The position numbers and the translations under genes were made by a program. From assembly GCF_001194135.2 (NCBI RefSeq), contig NC_068983.1, positions 23,809,751-23,873,750 of the forward strand: a stretch of DNA of 64,000 bases, written 5' to 3'. Under the pieces are notes generated by a model. The model was not told the DNA's origin and made no database searches. It was given only the letters and a program-made list of their open reading frames with translations. Of the stretch, positions 39,031 to 54,534 are shown in pieces; the stretch's first letter is position 1, and the number at the start of each line of letters is the position of its first letter. This DNA comes from Octopus bimaculoides. Its lineage: Eukaryota.

Positions 39031-39415
39031 TGGAGGCGCAATGGCCCAGTGGTTAGGGCAGCGGACTCGTGGTCATAGGATCGCGGTTTCGATTCCCAGA
39101 CCGGGTGTTGTGAGTGTTTATTGAGCGAAAACACCTAAAGCTCCACGAGGCTCTGGCAGGAGATGGTGGCGAACCCTGCTGTACTCTTTCACCACAGCTT
39201 TCTCTCACTCTTACTTCCTGTTTCTGTTGTGCCTGTAATTCATAGGGTCAGCCTTGTCATTCTGTGTCACGCTGAATATCCCCGAGAACTACGTTAAGGG
39301 TACACGTGTCTGTGGAGTGCTCAGCCACTTGCACGTTAATTTCACGGGCAGGCTGTTCTGTTGATCGGATCAACTGGAACCCTCGACATCATAAGTGACG
39401 GAGTGCCAGACTAAG
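39031..39415 (+). mobile_element. Full-length tRNA-derived SINE with 13-bp TSD
   Basis: A box TGGCCCAGTGG and B box GGTTTCGATTCC; TSD acctctttcaaag at 39018-39030 and 39416-39428. A related shorter copy lies at 61049-61342. Confidence 0.9.
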
Positions 39416-41939
39416 ACCTCTTTCAAAGATTCCCTCCACAGTTAGAGATCAGCACTTCTTTACACAGTTGCACTTGTCCATACGCGTCACATGACAATAC
39501 CAGTGCAGTCGTCTTACTTGCACACCACATCGCAAGTGGAAAATAGTCACACTATATTCATGACAGAAAACTTTGTGTCTTCAAAACTGCCATGAGAATG
39601 GAGACATCAAATTGCTGCCTCAACATTCTGTGAGCAGCTACCTCACATTTGGAGTTACAGTCAAAAGCCACCTTTATCTTGGACTCAATGGGAAAGTTCT
39701 AGAAAGGCAAATTACACAATGGCTTCATGCTGATTGGTCAGTTAATCGGTTGATCACATGAAACAACTGTAGTTTAGCCATTATGTCTGCTTGGCTATCT
39801 GGTGATTTGGTTTTGAATCTGCCATAGTTTTATGTTGTTAAACAAAACTCAGTAAAATGATAGTACAATTAGAAGAAAACACACACACATACATACACAC
39901 ATGTACACACATATGTATACACATATACACACATATACACATATCTACACATTCATGTACAAACATATACACTAATCTACACACATATGTGAACATACAC
40001 ACATTCACACATACATGTGCACACACACACATGCATATACAAGCACACACATGAAAGCATACATGCACATATAGACATACACATACATGTACACACATTT
40101 ACACTCACACACACATACACATACACATGTCTCCACTACACACAAACATGCACATACACAGATACACACACATCGACACATACACAAATACACAAATGCA
40201 CATANNNNNNNNNNNNNNNNNNNNNNNNNNNNNNNNNNNNNNNNNNNNNNNNNNNNNNNNNNNNNNNNNNNNNNNNNNNNNNNNNNNNNNNNNNNNNNNN
40301 NNNNNNNNNNNNNNNNNNNNNNNNNNNNNNNNNNNNNNNNNNNNNNNNNNNNNNNNNNNNNNNNNNNNNNNNNNNNNNNNNNNNNNNNNNNNNNNNNNNN
40401 NNNNNNNNNNNNNNNNNNNNNNNNNNNNNNNNNNNNNNNNNNNNNNNNNNNNNNNNNNNNNNNNNNNNNNNNNNNNNNNNNNNNNNNNNNNNNNNNNNNN
40501 NNNNNNNNNNNNNNNNNNNNNNNNNNNNNNNNNNNNNNNNNNNNNNNNNNNNNNNNNNNNNNNNNNNNNNNNNNNNNNNNNNNNNNNNNNNNNNNNNNNN
40601 NNNNNNNNNNNNNNNNNNNNNNNNNNNNNNNNNNNNNNNNNNNNNNNNNNNNNNNNNNNNNNNNNNNNNNNNNNNNNNNNNNNNNNNNNNNNNNNNNNNN
40701 NNNNNNNNNNNNNNNNNNNNNNNNNNNNNNNNNNNNNNNNNNNNNNNNNNNNNNNNNNNNNNNNNNNNNNNNNNNNNNNNNNNNNNNNNNNNNNNNNNNN
40801 NNNNNNNNNNNNNNNNNNNATATATATATATATATATATATATACGTATTTGTGTGTATATATCCCAAAATATCATTTATTTATGTCCGCCTTATAGCAA
40901 TAGATATATCTGAAATTAAATTTTAAAATAATCTATAATGAGAACAGCAAATCAATGAATGATTATTAAAACAAAGTAGTTTTATATTATAAAAAAAATG
41001 CAATAAAATAGTATATTTTTAATTTAAGAACAGCAAGCCAACGATATAAATAAATAATTAAAGAACATATTGCTCATGTAAAGTAATAAGAATATAGACT
41101 ATCATCATAAGTATCATGAATGTTTATAACCATTTCAATTATTATGAATGTGTATAGTTGGTCTAGACGTGCATAGTGCCACAGCTTTCAACCAATCAAT
41201 GACAACCATCTGAAATGCCTACATTCAGAGTTGCCTTTTGATTTTATAAGCTGGAGTGGATCAAATAAAAGGTGTAATTTCTCTTGGAAATTCACAGAGA
41301 ATTTGAGTGCAGTGTGTCACATTGCTACTCTGGAGCAAAATTCATCTTCTGTGTATTCTTACCAGAACAATATTGTCATTATGCTTTTTCTTTTAAGCAT
41401 TTGTCTGTTGTACATGTTACATTCCTGGTGAGAACTGCCTCCCTTCCTACAAAAGAATCCATTTATGTGTGTGTGTGCATGTGTGTGTGTGTGTTTGTGT
41501 GTTTGTGTGTGTGTTAAGACGTTTGCTTCCTAACCACATGGTTCTGGGTTCAGTTCCACTGCATATCACCTTGGACACACACATCTATCCATCCATACAT
41601 ACATATCCAACAGGCTTCCACACAGTTTCCACTCCATTCCATTGCTTTATAAGTTGTGCCAATGAAAATACCTTTATGCAGTCACTGAACCTGCTAGAAA
41701 TAGAAGCCAAACTTTTTCATAACACACACTTTTGTCTTTGAAAAAGTGAGGATGTATTAAACAATGTCGTCTAAGATAATGCGATGAGACAAGACAGTCA
41801 TGGTCGGAAGACTTTTGATCATAAATCTGTTCAGCTTGGGTTGAGCTGGGGGCTAAACGACAATAAAGAGCAACATCTTCAAATATTGTATATCAATATG
41901 TTTAATTAAGTTATGATAAATTCTATTTAACAAATTTGC

Positions 41940-42150
41940 CAGAAAACAGATTCTTCAAGCTGAGCCAACTGACAGGAGACCTTGGGGCAAACCACAAGCG
42001 AAATGGTTGAACAATATCCATTGTCTCTATTGGCCACACTTGGGAATCAAGCAGGGAAATTTAATGATAGTTGCTTCTGACAAGACCCTATGGTGCTTGA
42101 AGACTTTCCTACAACCCTCTTAGGAATAGTAGTTGGTGTAAATGAACGGA
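41940..42150 (+). mobile_element. RTE LINE 3' end remnant
   Basis: RQILQAEPTDRRPWGKPQAKWLNNIHCLYWPHLGI resembles RTE ...GRRPRGRPRTRWxDNI. Confidence 0.65.
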
Positions 42151-45100
42151 GAGAATTTGCATTAAATTACTAAAATTAAAATTTGTTTAGCCTCCTCCCA
42201 CCAGGGTAATGTCAACATGGAGACAGAAATGTAAAATTTAAACAATTATTTTTAAAAATTTCAGAACACAATTACTAAATATTTGTTCCATAGTCACTTA
42301 TTTTACCACCAATGTTTGAAATAGTAGCAGAATATAATCAAGAATTTTGTTCTCTGCTCTTTCAATTACTCATCATCATTGTCGTCATCGTCATCGTTGT
42401 CGTCGTCGTCGTCGTCGCCGTCAAAATCGTTGTCATCGTTGTCGTTTAACATCCGCCTTCCATGCTGGCATGGGTTGGACGGTTTGACATGAGCTGGCTA
42501 GGCAGAGGACTGCACCAGACTTCTGTGTCTGTTTTAGCATGGTTTTTACGACTGGATGCCCTTCCTAACACCAACTGCCCAGCAGAGTGGACTGAGTGCT
42601 TTTTAACATGGCACAAGCACAGGTGAGGTAAGTTTTGGAATAGTTTCTACAGCTGGATGCCCTTCCAAATGCCAACTACTATACCGTGTGGACTAGATGC
42701 TTTTTATGTGGCACCAGCACCTCTATTTTTATTTTTATCTGTTTCTTTTATTTGACTGTGGCCATGTTGGGGCACCATTTTGAATAACTTTTAGTCAAAT
42801 GAACTGATCCCAGCATTTATTTTTTCAAAGCCTTACACTTATTCTATCATTCCTTTTTGCTGAACCACTAAGTTATGGGGATGTAAACAAATAAAGACCA
42901 GTTGTCAAGTGGTGGTGGGGACAAGCACAGACCCCCCCCCCCCACATGATGGACTTCCTTCAGTTTCCATCTACCAAATCCACACACAAAGCTTTGGCTG
43001 GCCTGAGGCTATAGTAGAAGACACCCAAGTTGTCACACAGTGGGACTGAACCTGCCTGAAAAGCAAGCTTCTTTGAGGGACGACACTGGATGAAATGCTC
43101 ATTTATAATAAATTTTAAAAGGGCCTTGTTAATTACAATGATTATGAGGAAAAAATAGTAAATAAATTCATTTTGCTAACCAGAAACTTTTAAAAATAAC
43201 TGCTGAATATTATTTCAACTACTTGAGATCAATTTACACAAAATATCAACCAATTCTCCATTGAACCAATCCTTGAAATTTTTAAATACAGAAAAGACTT
43301 GTCGGGATAATACAGTCCGAGATACACTATGCCTGAAAAAATAAATGAAAAGAAAATTTGGATGGTTATGTTTGGCACATTTGCTTTATCAGACCTGATT
43401 TGGAGCTAAATAATAACATGTTTTGCGTGGCAAATTTCTCTGTAGCATTCTCTATTTTCTTTAAAATGGAGACAATATGTTGTGAATCATAAAAATTTTG
43501 TTGCAACATGTCTCATAATAATGATGGGATTTCAGCCATGAATAGAATACTAATTGAATGGTTCATTCGATTGGTTATTGTAATTCAAGCAGAGCTGACT
43601 GGCGCTTCCATACGGTAGCAACAATGGTAATTCTTGAGGTATTAATTTGTTTGTTTAAGTCAGGGGTATGGGGAATTGCAAATACACAACAGTCTGTGGG
43701 ACTGTATATGTGCCGAGAAAAATAATGAAGCTTCAATTTTACAAGTTTATAAAACCTTTCTCCTTTTCCTTCGTTTTCATCAGTGGACTGTGGCCATGCT
43801 GGGACACTGCTCTGAAGCATTTAATTGAACAGACCGGACCAGATATTTACTCTTTTACTCTTTTACTTGTTTCAGTCATTTTGACTGTGGCCATCCTGGA
43901 GCATTCTTTGTGAGCCTAGTACTTATTCTATCGGTCTCTTTTGCCGAACCGCTAAGTTATGGGGATGTAAACACACCAACATCGGTTGTCAAGTGATGTT
44001 GGGAGGAAAACACAGACACACAAACATACACACACACACACACACACACGCACACATATATATATATATATATACACATATATATGACAGGTTTCTTTCA
44101 GTTTCTGTCTACCAAATCCACTCACAAGGCTTTGGTCGGCCCTAGGCTATAGTAGAAGACACTTGCCCAAGGTACCACACAGTGGGACTGAACCCGGAAC
44201 CATGTGGTTGGTAAGCAAGCTACTTACTACACAGCCACTCCTACGCCTAATAAAAATTTTTTTTTATAAGTGTGGTACTTATTCTATTGGTCTCTTTACT
44301 GATCTGCTGAGTTATGGGGGATGTAAACAAACCGACAATGGTTGTCAAGCAGTGTGAGGGACAGATACAAAGGCACAGCACACACACACACATGCATGTA
44401 CATAAATACACAACAGGCTTCCACACAGTTTCCACCAACCAAATTCACTTGCAAGGCATTGGTTGGGTTGGTGCTACAGTAGAAGACACTTGCTCAAGGT
44501 GCAGTGGAGTAGGTTGGCAGCTGAAACCAAATTCACATGGTTGCAAAGCAATGCTATTCTGGGTTTGAAGTTAATACTATTTTTTTGTTTTTTATATGGG
44601 TTTAGAAACTTTGTAAGTAGAGACTTTTGAAGTTGAATCATCATCATCGTTTAACGTCCGCTTTCCATTCTAGCATGGGTTGGACGATTTGACTGAGGAC
44701 TGGTGAACCAGATGGCTACATCAGGCTCCAATCTGATTTGGCAGAGTTTCTACAGCTGGGTGCCCTTCCTAACGCCAACCACTCTGAGAGTATAGTGGGT
44801 GCTTTTACATGCCACTGGCACGAGGGCCAGTCAGGCGGTACTGGCAATGGCCATGCTCAAAATGGTGTATTTTACATGCCACCTGCACAGGAGCCAGTCC
44901 AGTGGCACTGGCAACGATCTCGCTCAAATGTCTTTTCACATGCCACCGGCATAAGTGCCAGGAAGGTGACGCTGGTAACGATCACACTCAAATGGTGCTA
45001 TTTACGTGCCACTGGCATGGAAGCTAGACAGCTGCTCTAGCAACGATCACGCTTGAATGGTGCTCTTAGCGCTCCACTGGCACAGGTGCCATCACAATTT

Positions 45101-46086
45101 CGCTTTCGCTTGCCCCAACAGGTCTTTGCAAGCCGAGTTTAGTGTCCAATGAAGGAGACGTTGGCATAGGTGCCAGTCATCGAATTTAGTTCGATTTTGA
45201 TTGAATGCAGAAATAATTTGACCAATAGATAAGGGGAATCCCATTTTCTACTTTTTTTTTACAGCTTAGTCTAAGAGGGGAAAGGAAGTACCCACAGCCC
45301 TTTATTATGTTTATGTCTCCTAAGACAGGTGTAAAGGAGGGAGGAAAATATCCTCAAACTGAAGACTTGGCATGAGTACTTACAACAGATAGAACTCTGC
45401 TACTAGCATTTAAAGACCAGGTAGTAGTGTCAAATCAGTTGATGGATTAATTCTTGTACCTACAAATTCAGAATACAGAGTAACAGAGACACAAATACCA
45501 CAAGGCATCTTATCTGATGCTCTTACATTTCCACAAATCTACTGTTTTGGACTAATATCTTATTTTATTGACTTTGAAAGGATGAAAGGTGGCACTGACT
45601 TCAGCAGGATTTGAACTCAGAGTGCCAACATCAAGAACAAATGCCACAAAGTATTTTGTCTTACTTCTTACTGTCAAACAACTCGACCAGTTTGTTACCT
45701 CCCTGGTCTAAGCTGAAACTAGTAAAACTCCTTCAATTTCTTACTGTTATTTCTGTATATGTGTAGGCATGGCTGTTAGGCAAAGGTGTAGCTGTTTGAT
45801 AAGAAGTTTGTTTCCCAATCACATGTTCCCAGGTTCAGCCTCACGTGGTTTCAGGTTCATCATCATTTAACGTCTGTGTTCCATGCTAGCATGGGTCAGA
45901 CGGTACCACAAAAGCCGGCCAGGCCAAAGCCTGCACCAGACTTCTGTGACTGTCTTTGGCAGGATTTTTATAGCTGGATGGCATTCTTACCACCAACCAC
46001 TCAGCAGAGTGTCTTCTACTATAGCCATGGGCTGACCAAAGCCTTGTGAGTGGATTTGGTAGATGGAAACCGAAAGAAGTCAGTTG

Positions 46087-46188
<102 letters not shown>

Positions 46189-46687
46189 TACCTGTGTTTG
46201 TCCTCCTGCTACTACTTGAGAACTGGCGCTGATTTGTTTGGTTAAACATTCTTCAAGGCAGTACTCCAGCATGGCCACAGTGTACTGATTGAAACAAGTA
46301 AAAGGTAAAAGATAAAAAGTTGGGTGGTAAGCTGGCAGAGAAAATGCTTAATGATGTTTCTTCTGGCAGCTCTTTATGTTCCAAGTTCAAAGGTTGACTT
46401 TGTCCCTCATCCTTTTGCGATTGATGTAATTGACTTAACAACTGCCTCTAATATTGGTTTTAGATTTTGGCATAAGGCCAGCAATTTTGGGAGAAGAGGG
46501 ATACTTGATTTTATCAACTCCAGTATTTAACTGGTACTTATTTTATCAACTCCAGTATTTAACTGGTACTTATTTTATCAACCCCTGAAAGGATGAAGGG
46601 CAAAGTCAACCTTGGTGGAATTTGAACTCAGTATGTAAAGATGGGCAAAATGTCCCTAAGCATTTTACCTGGCTTACCAATGATTCT

Positions 46688-46918
46688 TATTTCTTTATTG
46701 CCCACAAGGGGCTGAACATAGAGGCGACAAACAAGGACAGACAAAGGGATTAAGTCGATTACATTGACTCCAGTGTATAACTGGTACTTAATTTATCGAC
46801 CCCGAAAGGATGAAAGGCAAAGTCGACCTCGGCGGAGTTTGAACTCAGAATGTAACAGCAGATGAAATACCGCTAAGCATTTCGCCCGGCGTGCTAACGA
46901 TTCTGCCAGCTCACCCCC
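46688..46918 (-). mobile_element. Young tRNA-derived SINE nested in an older SINE, ~25-bp TSD
   Basis: TSD ttttacctggctt(a/g)ccaatg(a/g)ttct at 46663-46687 and 46919-46943. Confidence 0.9.
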
Positions 46919-49769
46919 TTTTACCTGGCTTGCCAATGGTTCTGCCAGCTTGCTGCCTTCACCTCCCCCAATACTGATTTCAAATTTTTGGCACAAGGCC
47001 AGCAATTTCAGGGCAAGGGTGAAGTCGATTGTATCAACCCCAGTGCTCAACTGGTAGTTATTTTTCAACCCCAAAAGGATAACAGGCAATGTTGACCTCG
47101 GTGGAATTTGAGCTGATATATTTATGAGTCTTATTTTACTGGAATTTTTCTTCCTGTTCTTTGCAATCCTTTAATATCTAATAATATCTATCTGGTAAGA
47201 TTTAAATTAATTTTCTTCTTTGAAAGGATTAATTAATTTCCCCCATGATTACGAGCTTAAGATGCCGAACTTAGAGACTATTATTTGGGCAGTGTTTTAA
47301 TTGTTGCTTACAGCTATTTTATTGCACTCTGAGGCAACAGTCGTTTGATTGTCTGATTCTATATAGTTGATAATAACTTCTACTTCACAGTTGGATGGTT
47401 AGTGTAAAAATAAATTGCTCCATTATTCTATTGCTCCAATAGTATGTATGAGTCTAAGCAAGGAACTGAATGTAATACAATAAAGGAAAAAAATCAGCAA
47501 GCAAATGAAATACCAAAAATATTCACCCTTAGGATTGACAGAGTAATTCCAAGATTGATTAGATGCACAACTAGCAATCCAAACTGCCAATGTCTCCTGT
47601 TTACATTACTATGTTAATTTATCATTCTTTAAATACTGGGTATTCAAATTATTGATTCAGCTGCTGGTCAAAATTCAGAAGAACAACTGATATGAATAAT
47701 TTTTAAATGATTTACATATTTAGATTTATATAAAATATATATTTTTTGATTATTAATTATCCCAGTTGTCTTCAGTGTGTTTTTTTAAACCTTTGGGTCC
47801 TTTGTTCATTTAATATTTATCTAGTCTTAAGGTATTTAAGTACAAAGGTCCGTATTGAAATGAAATATCCTGATGTAAACTGTATCTTGAAATTCTTTAT
47901 TATATTTATTTATTTATTTTTAAATTTCAGTTTCCAATATATCTCTGTCAATTAAGGAAATTTTCTGTTTAAATGATAGATGCTCTGTCTCATTGAATAT
48001 GTTTATAATCATTCCCAACTAGTGATGTAAGCAAATCAAAAGCTTATTTTTTATATTTGTTGTAATATCAATACCTTTACATCATAGAAATTTCAAAAAT
48101 AGATGACTATTTTTTTTCAAATATCTATGGCCATTTTCAAATGAACATACGGAAAGATTCTTATATATGTTGCCAACTGAATAAATATTGTGAACAAAGA
48201 ATTGTTTTATAATCATATTTCTTAACAAGAATAGACTTCTGATGTATATCAGTTAATTTTGAAAGTAATCAATATATGTAACTTTTTATTTGTTTGTCGG
48301 CATTGTTTAGCTATTGTTTTAGAATACAACAGAATACAAATGTTTACCTACTGAAATTTTCACATTACCATTAATATAACAATGTGAGATTTCAGTCAAG
48401 ATTTTAATTTAAATATGAACACTTCAAAGCAGACAATTTGGGGTAGGTTGGTATGGAAAGAGTTAAGGGGAGTCAATGCAGACAAAATATGTTTTAACTA
48501 AAAAATAATTTTCTGAGCAGTGTTTATTAAAAAAAAAAAACAGAAATTTTATGAATTAAGATCAACAAATGGAATACAAAGAATTATAAACAGAGTTAAT
48601 TAGCATTGATAACTATCAATTGGAATGAAGTTATGACTGTGCATCAAATGGATAAATTTAACTTTAATGCTTTTATTTTCAGGTCAGTGACACACAGACA
48701 ACCCTAAACTGCATACATCTGAGCCAGTGACCTCGTTTTCATGACTGGCATCAATTTCTCATCTAAATCCTCATCAAATAGGAATAAAGTGCTGAAAGCT
48801 AATGAACTTCTCATTGTATATACTTTTACAAATTACACAGTCATTAATCACTTTTCTTCTAGTTCCTATTCTCCAGCAAAAAAACAAAATACCCCCCCCC
48901 CCCCACAAATAACAAAACAAAGATGTGATTGAATAAGTTAAACGTTTGACTGAAATGAAGGTTGGTGTCAGTGATGGATTATTACAAACTTACAAACACA
49001 GAACAGTCTTTTTTTTATAATCCATTTGATTGCTGCTTTACTTATTTGATGGATGTCTTCCATAATATGAGAAATTGCTATGTGTATAGGTACAGGCTTG
49101 GTTGTATGGTTAAGAAGTTTGCTTTGTTGCCATATAGTTCCACCTTAGGCAAGTCTTTCTACTATAATCCATGACTGATCAATGCCTTATGAATGGAATT
49201 AGTAGGCAAAGCAAAGTGAAGTAGATGTAAGATGCTAGAGACGATGATGATGATGACCCATAATATGAAAAACTTTTGTTTAGACTATGATGGATGATTA
49301 TAAAGCAATACTTATTGACCTTTGAAGAAAGTTAACAGTTTTATCTGTTATAATCTTTACTCAACATTTTCAAGGCTTAGTTGCTTGCAGAAAAGAAAAT
49401 CAACAGCAAAAGAATAAATAAATAAATAAATAAATAAATAAAATAAAATAAAATTTCGATATCCTGTAAAAGGTATTTCTGAAATTTAGCTTGAGAAAGA
49501 AAAGGTTGAGACTATTCAACTATTTATGTTTATATTTTCATAGCTTCATTTTATATTATTTGTGAATAGTAAGGTTTCCTGTGTGTTAGTTACTGGTTCC
49601 CAGCACTTATGATGCTGAAAATGACAAGCAAGTGTCTGAAACTTAAGTGGTATAAATAACACAAAGCATTTTTGCTTCAAAGCATTGGTTTATTAGATTT
49701 CTCATTGATGTTTACACTGTTGGAAAAATCCATGTTCTACGTACAAAAAAAGCATATACACAGACAAAC

Positions 49770-49818
<49 letters not shown>

Positions 49819-50637
49819 GCATACACACACACCCCAAATTTCTCAATAAGTTTTCATAAGTCAAAAACACACAGAAGTCTGGTGCAAGTAATAGAGTGTA
49901 CACATCATTAATATTTAGTCTCATAACAGTAAATTCATGTCACTGAATGGTTTCATGCTAAAAAGCCTTCTTAGTATGGAAAGGTAATTTAACATCCAGT
50001 TTATGAGTCTCAGAGATTTTTCATCCTTGACTTTCATTCTATGTTTTTTTTTTACAACTTCTCTGACATGCATAAATTGGATGTGTGGTGTTTTCAGATC
50101 TCCAGTACAAAAGAGTTTAAGATACATACTCTTCTATTCAACCATATCAAGTGACTGTTAAATCACCCCGTTTATACTTAAGAGTTTCTTTGAAATGAAA
50201 CTTAGATAATATGAAACTGGGTTGTTATGAGACTAGATTCATCATGCTTAATAAATCATATATATGTATATTCTCTTACTTGTTTCAGTCATTTGACTTC
50301 AGCCATGCTGGAGCACTACCTTTAGTCAAACAAATCCACCCCAGGACTTATTCTTTGTAAGCCTAATACTTATTCTATCAGCCTCTGTTACCGAACACAT
50401 CAGTTGTCAAACAACAGTAGGGGGACAAACACAGACACACAAATACATATATATATATACATATGTGTATATATATATATATATATATGATGGGCTTCTT
50501 TCAGTTTATGTCTACCAAATCCACTCACAAGGCTTTGACCAACCTGAGTTTATAGTAGAAAACACTTGCTGAAGGTGCAGTGGACCGAACCCAGAACCAT
50601 GTGGTTGGGAAGCACACAGCCACTCTTGCACCTATAT

Positions 50638-50670
<33 letters not shown>

Positions 50671-50934
50671 GTTATCATCATCATCATCATCGTCGTCATC
50701 ATCATCATCATCATCATCATTATCATCATCATCATCATCATTTAACGTTTGTGTTCTATGCTAGCATGGGTCAGACGGTACCGCAAAAGCCAGCCAGGCC
50801 AAAGCCTGCATCAGACTTCTGATATACAAATTATAAAAAAAAAAATACTGTACAGTATTGTTTCTACTTCACAGATTTTCACCTATTGTGGGGGGTTTTG
50901 GAACATAACAACTGCAATAGTTGAGGTATTACTG

Positions 50935-50999
<65 letters not shown>

Positions 51000-51048
51000 A
51001 ATAGAGAAATAGATAAATTGATAGATAGATAGACAGACAGATAGATAA

Positions 51049-51087
<39 letters not shown>

Positions 51088-51799
51088 TGTATGTATGTGT
51101 CTACTAAATTCTACTCTCTTGATATTTATTAACCTGAAACTAGAAGATACTGTCCAAGAAGTAACACAATGAGATTGAACCAAGGGTCACATGATTTTAA
51201 AGCAAGCTTCTTAACCAGAGCCATATCTACATGTATTTGCAGGAAAATATATAGCACATAAAAAGAAAATATTGTATGAAGTTTGACTGAATTAGAAAAT
51301 ATCTGAAAGAAAATTAACATGTTTTAGTGGAAATATAGTACATAGGAATCTGAAGACCTTGTCTTCAGTAATATGGCAGTGTTAATAATAATAAAGATAG
51401 TTCTTAATAATACTTTACAAAATTTTTATCAAGGGACCAAAAAATGACTGCGAACTTTGCTATTTATTGAAAATACTACCTTATATTTCAATTCATGCTT
51501 CAAACATTACATCAATAACAGAATAGAAGTAAATATTAATAACCTGTTCATGACCAGAGTTTGATTTTATGAGGAATTTCACAACACAAAAGGAACGAGT
51601 AAGGTTTCTGCAGGCATGTCAAACCGACTTTCATCCAACTTATATTGAAGTCTTTTCTTGCTGGCTTGGATGGGTTGTGATATTTCTCTGAATAAAATGT
51701 ATCACCATGTCTTCAAAAGGCTAAAAGTTCATTGCCTTTTTGCTTATGTATATTTTATGCAACTGCCAGGCATTTATTCATTGATACATCAATCAAGCA

Positions 51800-52420
51800 G
51801 ATAATAAGACAAGATTACCATTTTTTACCTTTGAATAGCAATCTTATATTTTGATGTTCTCGTCCTTTTGCTCTGTTCCCATGTATCCATTATCAACTTT
51901 TAAGAGATGCGGTTGTGCTGTATAAAAATTGTGACTTTTAGGTAGTGATGAATAGTTATGAAGCTTGGAAGACAGATTGAACTGCTGCTGCTGCATTTGG
52001 TCACACATTTACTGAATTATTCTTTTTCCATCTGCACACTGGTATTTCATTGTATGCATTCATTCAAACACCAAATGAAACTCTTTCTTCTTTTTTCCTC
52101 AATCCACTCTCTTTTGCTTTGGAACAAACAGTTCTTGTTGCTTTGACTAATTTTGCCTTCAATGCTGGTGAAAACCATTATCAATGCAGAAATATGATTT
52201 TGGAAAGTGTTCTAGAAAGATTTCAGTAAATTTGCAAAGAAGTATCTTTCTCTAATCCCAAACTGACCTCTTATTTTTATTCCAGTCACAAGGTTCTTTC
52301 TTGGTATGCATAAATGCTTCTCTGTCTCTACAACATTGCATTTCTTTATGTATGAAATGAGAGGAGAGTATGTTTGTGATTCTATTTTATCCAAAATTTT
52401 TTCCTCATACACAAATGTTA
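51800..52420 (-). mobile_element. Highly decayed RTE-like LINE remnant
   Basis: Frameshifted pieces SPALKAKLVKAT and LPKKVTIFIQHNR resemble the RTE C-terminal region. Weak. Confidence 0.4.
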
Positions 52421-54437
52421 ATGACCTAAATGTAGGGCATTGATATTTATAAACATGTTACAGAAAGACATTTGATCTATTGAATGTTCACCTTACAACA
52501 CTGATCTCTCATCCCGGCCTCTAATGTTTTTTGATCGGAATAAACATGAAAGAGTAATAATTTGAAACCTTTGAGATACTGAAATAATTACCCGAGTGAA
52601 GAGGTTGCATACAAATTCTGAAATCAAAGGTTTAAGCAATTTTGGTAACTTCCTATAGCAAACATATAACTTCAGTAGTCATAAACAATATTGTTTACAT
52701 TTTACTGATGGACTTTTAAAATAAACCCATGTGGAAAATATTCCTTTTAAATTAAAAGATCATTTCCTATGAATATTTTTGAAGGTGGTCTATGTAAAAA
52801 GATGAAAGGCATAAATGAGTTAAAAAGGTGTTAAATGTTCTCACTATCCATTTGTTTCAACATATTTTTCTTCATATTTATTAAACAAATTTATTTAATA
52901 TTTCTAGAGAAACATTATTAAATTATGCACTTTTTAATCACCTTAGCACATTATCTGTTAGAACTGTTGAATAATTAACTAAGTGACAAGATTGTAAGAG
53001 AATTTTATTTCCCTGCTCTAAAAAACAACATTCTTAATCAATGGATTTCATGAATACAATGTACAGCTCAAGTTTTAAATATTTGTGTCCCAAAATTAAG
53101 TAAGCACCATGGTAAACTTTGCAAACCAATTCATAGCTAATATGCTGTTATTTTTAGCGTTTGTTTTTTGGTTTTTGTCGTACTGGATTGAAGCTTTTAT
53201 AACTCAGAGAATAATGTCTCCCTGGAAGCAATAAAATCTGCACAAACAAGTTTTTTCAATAATGTTATTGTTATGTTCTATTTGAAGCAATTATGATGAA
53301 AATATGTTTTTTATTATATTCCATAACTTTTATTGCAAGATATTGTTTTGCCATTTTTTTGTTGTCTTTTTTGATATCCATATCTTTGTAGAATTTTGGT
53401 GCCACCAAATATTTCTAACTTTCCTTTAATCTCAAGAGATAAATCAAAGGCACATTTAACTGACACAGCTGAAATAAATGTGATAAATTGCAGACACCTT
53501 GTTGCCAACAAAATTTACTCTTCAAGTACTTGGCTTCTTCAGTAGATGTCTATTCTATAATGTTATGATAAAAACACATATCAGAAAGAAAAAAAGTAAA
53601 AACAAAACAAAACAAATAAAATTCATTTAAATTCTTGAAAATATTGTAATTTCAGAAAACAAGAGTAAACAGCAGGACAAATGGAGCGTATTCTTTGTTC
53701 TGATTGGATGTAATTTAAATTTCAAATTTATATATANNNNNNNNNNNNNNNNNNNNNNNNNNNNNNNNNNNNNNNNNNNNNNNNNNNNNNNNNNNNNNNN
53801 NNNNNNNNNNNNNNNNNNNNNNNNNNNNNNNNNNNNNNNNNNNNNNNNNNNNATATATATATATATATATATATACATTTGTTTCTTTTCAATGATTCCT
53901 GTTTAATGCTTCTTCTGATTTCTCCATGCACGTGTATGTGTGTATGTGAGTGTGTATGTGTGTATGTGAGTGTGTATGTGTTTATGTGTGTGCATGCATA
54001 AGAGACATTATATTAGCAACAACATTTAGCATATTATATGATGCTTAGTTAATAACAAGTATGGAAAAAAACAAACATACAAACAAACAAACGAACAAAA
54101 ACTAATGTTTTGTGATGGCAGTCATATACACAATATATGGAATTCGTCATTGGGATATATTTTTTTTTGTTTGTTTGTCAGAGCGTGCATGTGTTGTTTC
54201 CTGTGTTTGGTATTGATTAAACAAATACACTCAGATGATTCTAGGTGATAGTTCAATGAAAATAATATTATGTTTAGAAACCAAAATTCCTTTGTCAAAG
54301 TTCCGGTGTTCTTATCCTGACAGGATGAGCTGTCAGCTAATATTGTTTTTTTTCTTCTTGTAGTTTATAACAAATGTGAAAAATAGATAAGTGGAAACAG
54401 CCTAAAAGAAACAATTGGACGAAACCATAACACGTGC

Positions 54438-54486
<49 letters not shown>

Positions 54487-54487
54487 A

Positions 54488-54534
<47 letters not shown>

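Noticed and set aside
39031-39105. tRNA gene
   Set aside because: The A/B boxes belong to a SINE head that continues into a SINE body with a TSD; no complete cloverleaf is seen. The same applies to the other SINE heads.
50550-50822. Poly-His/poly-Met ORFs
   Set aside because: (CAT)n tail of an RTE-tailed SINE.
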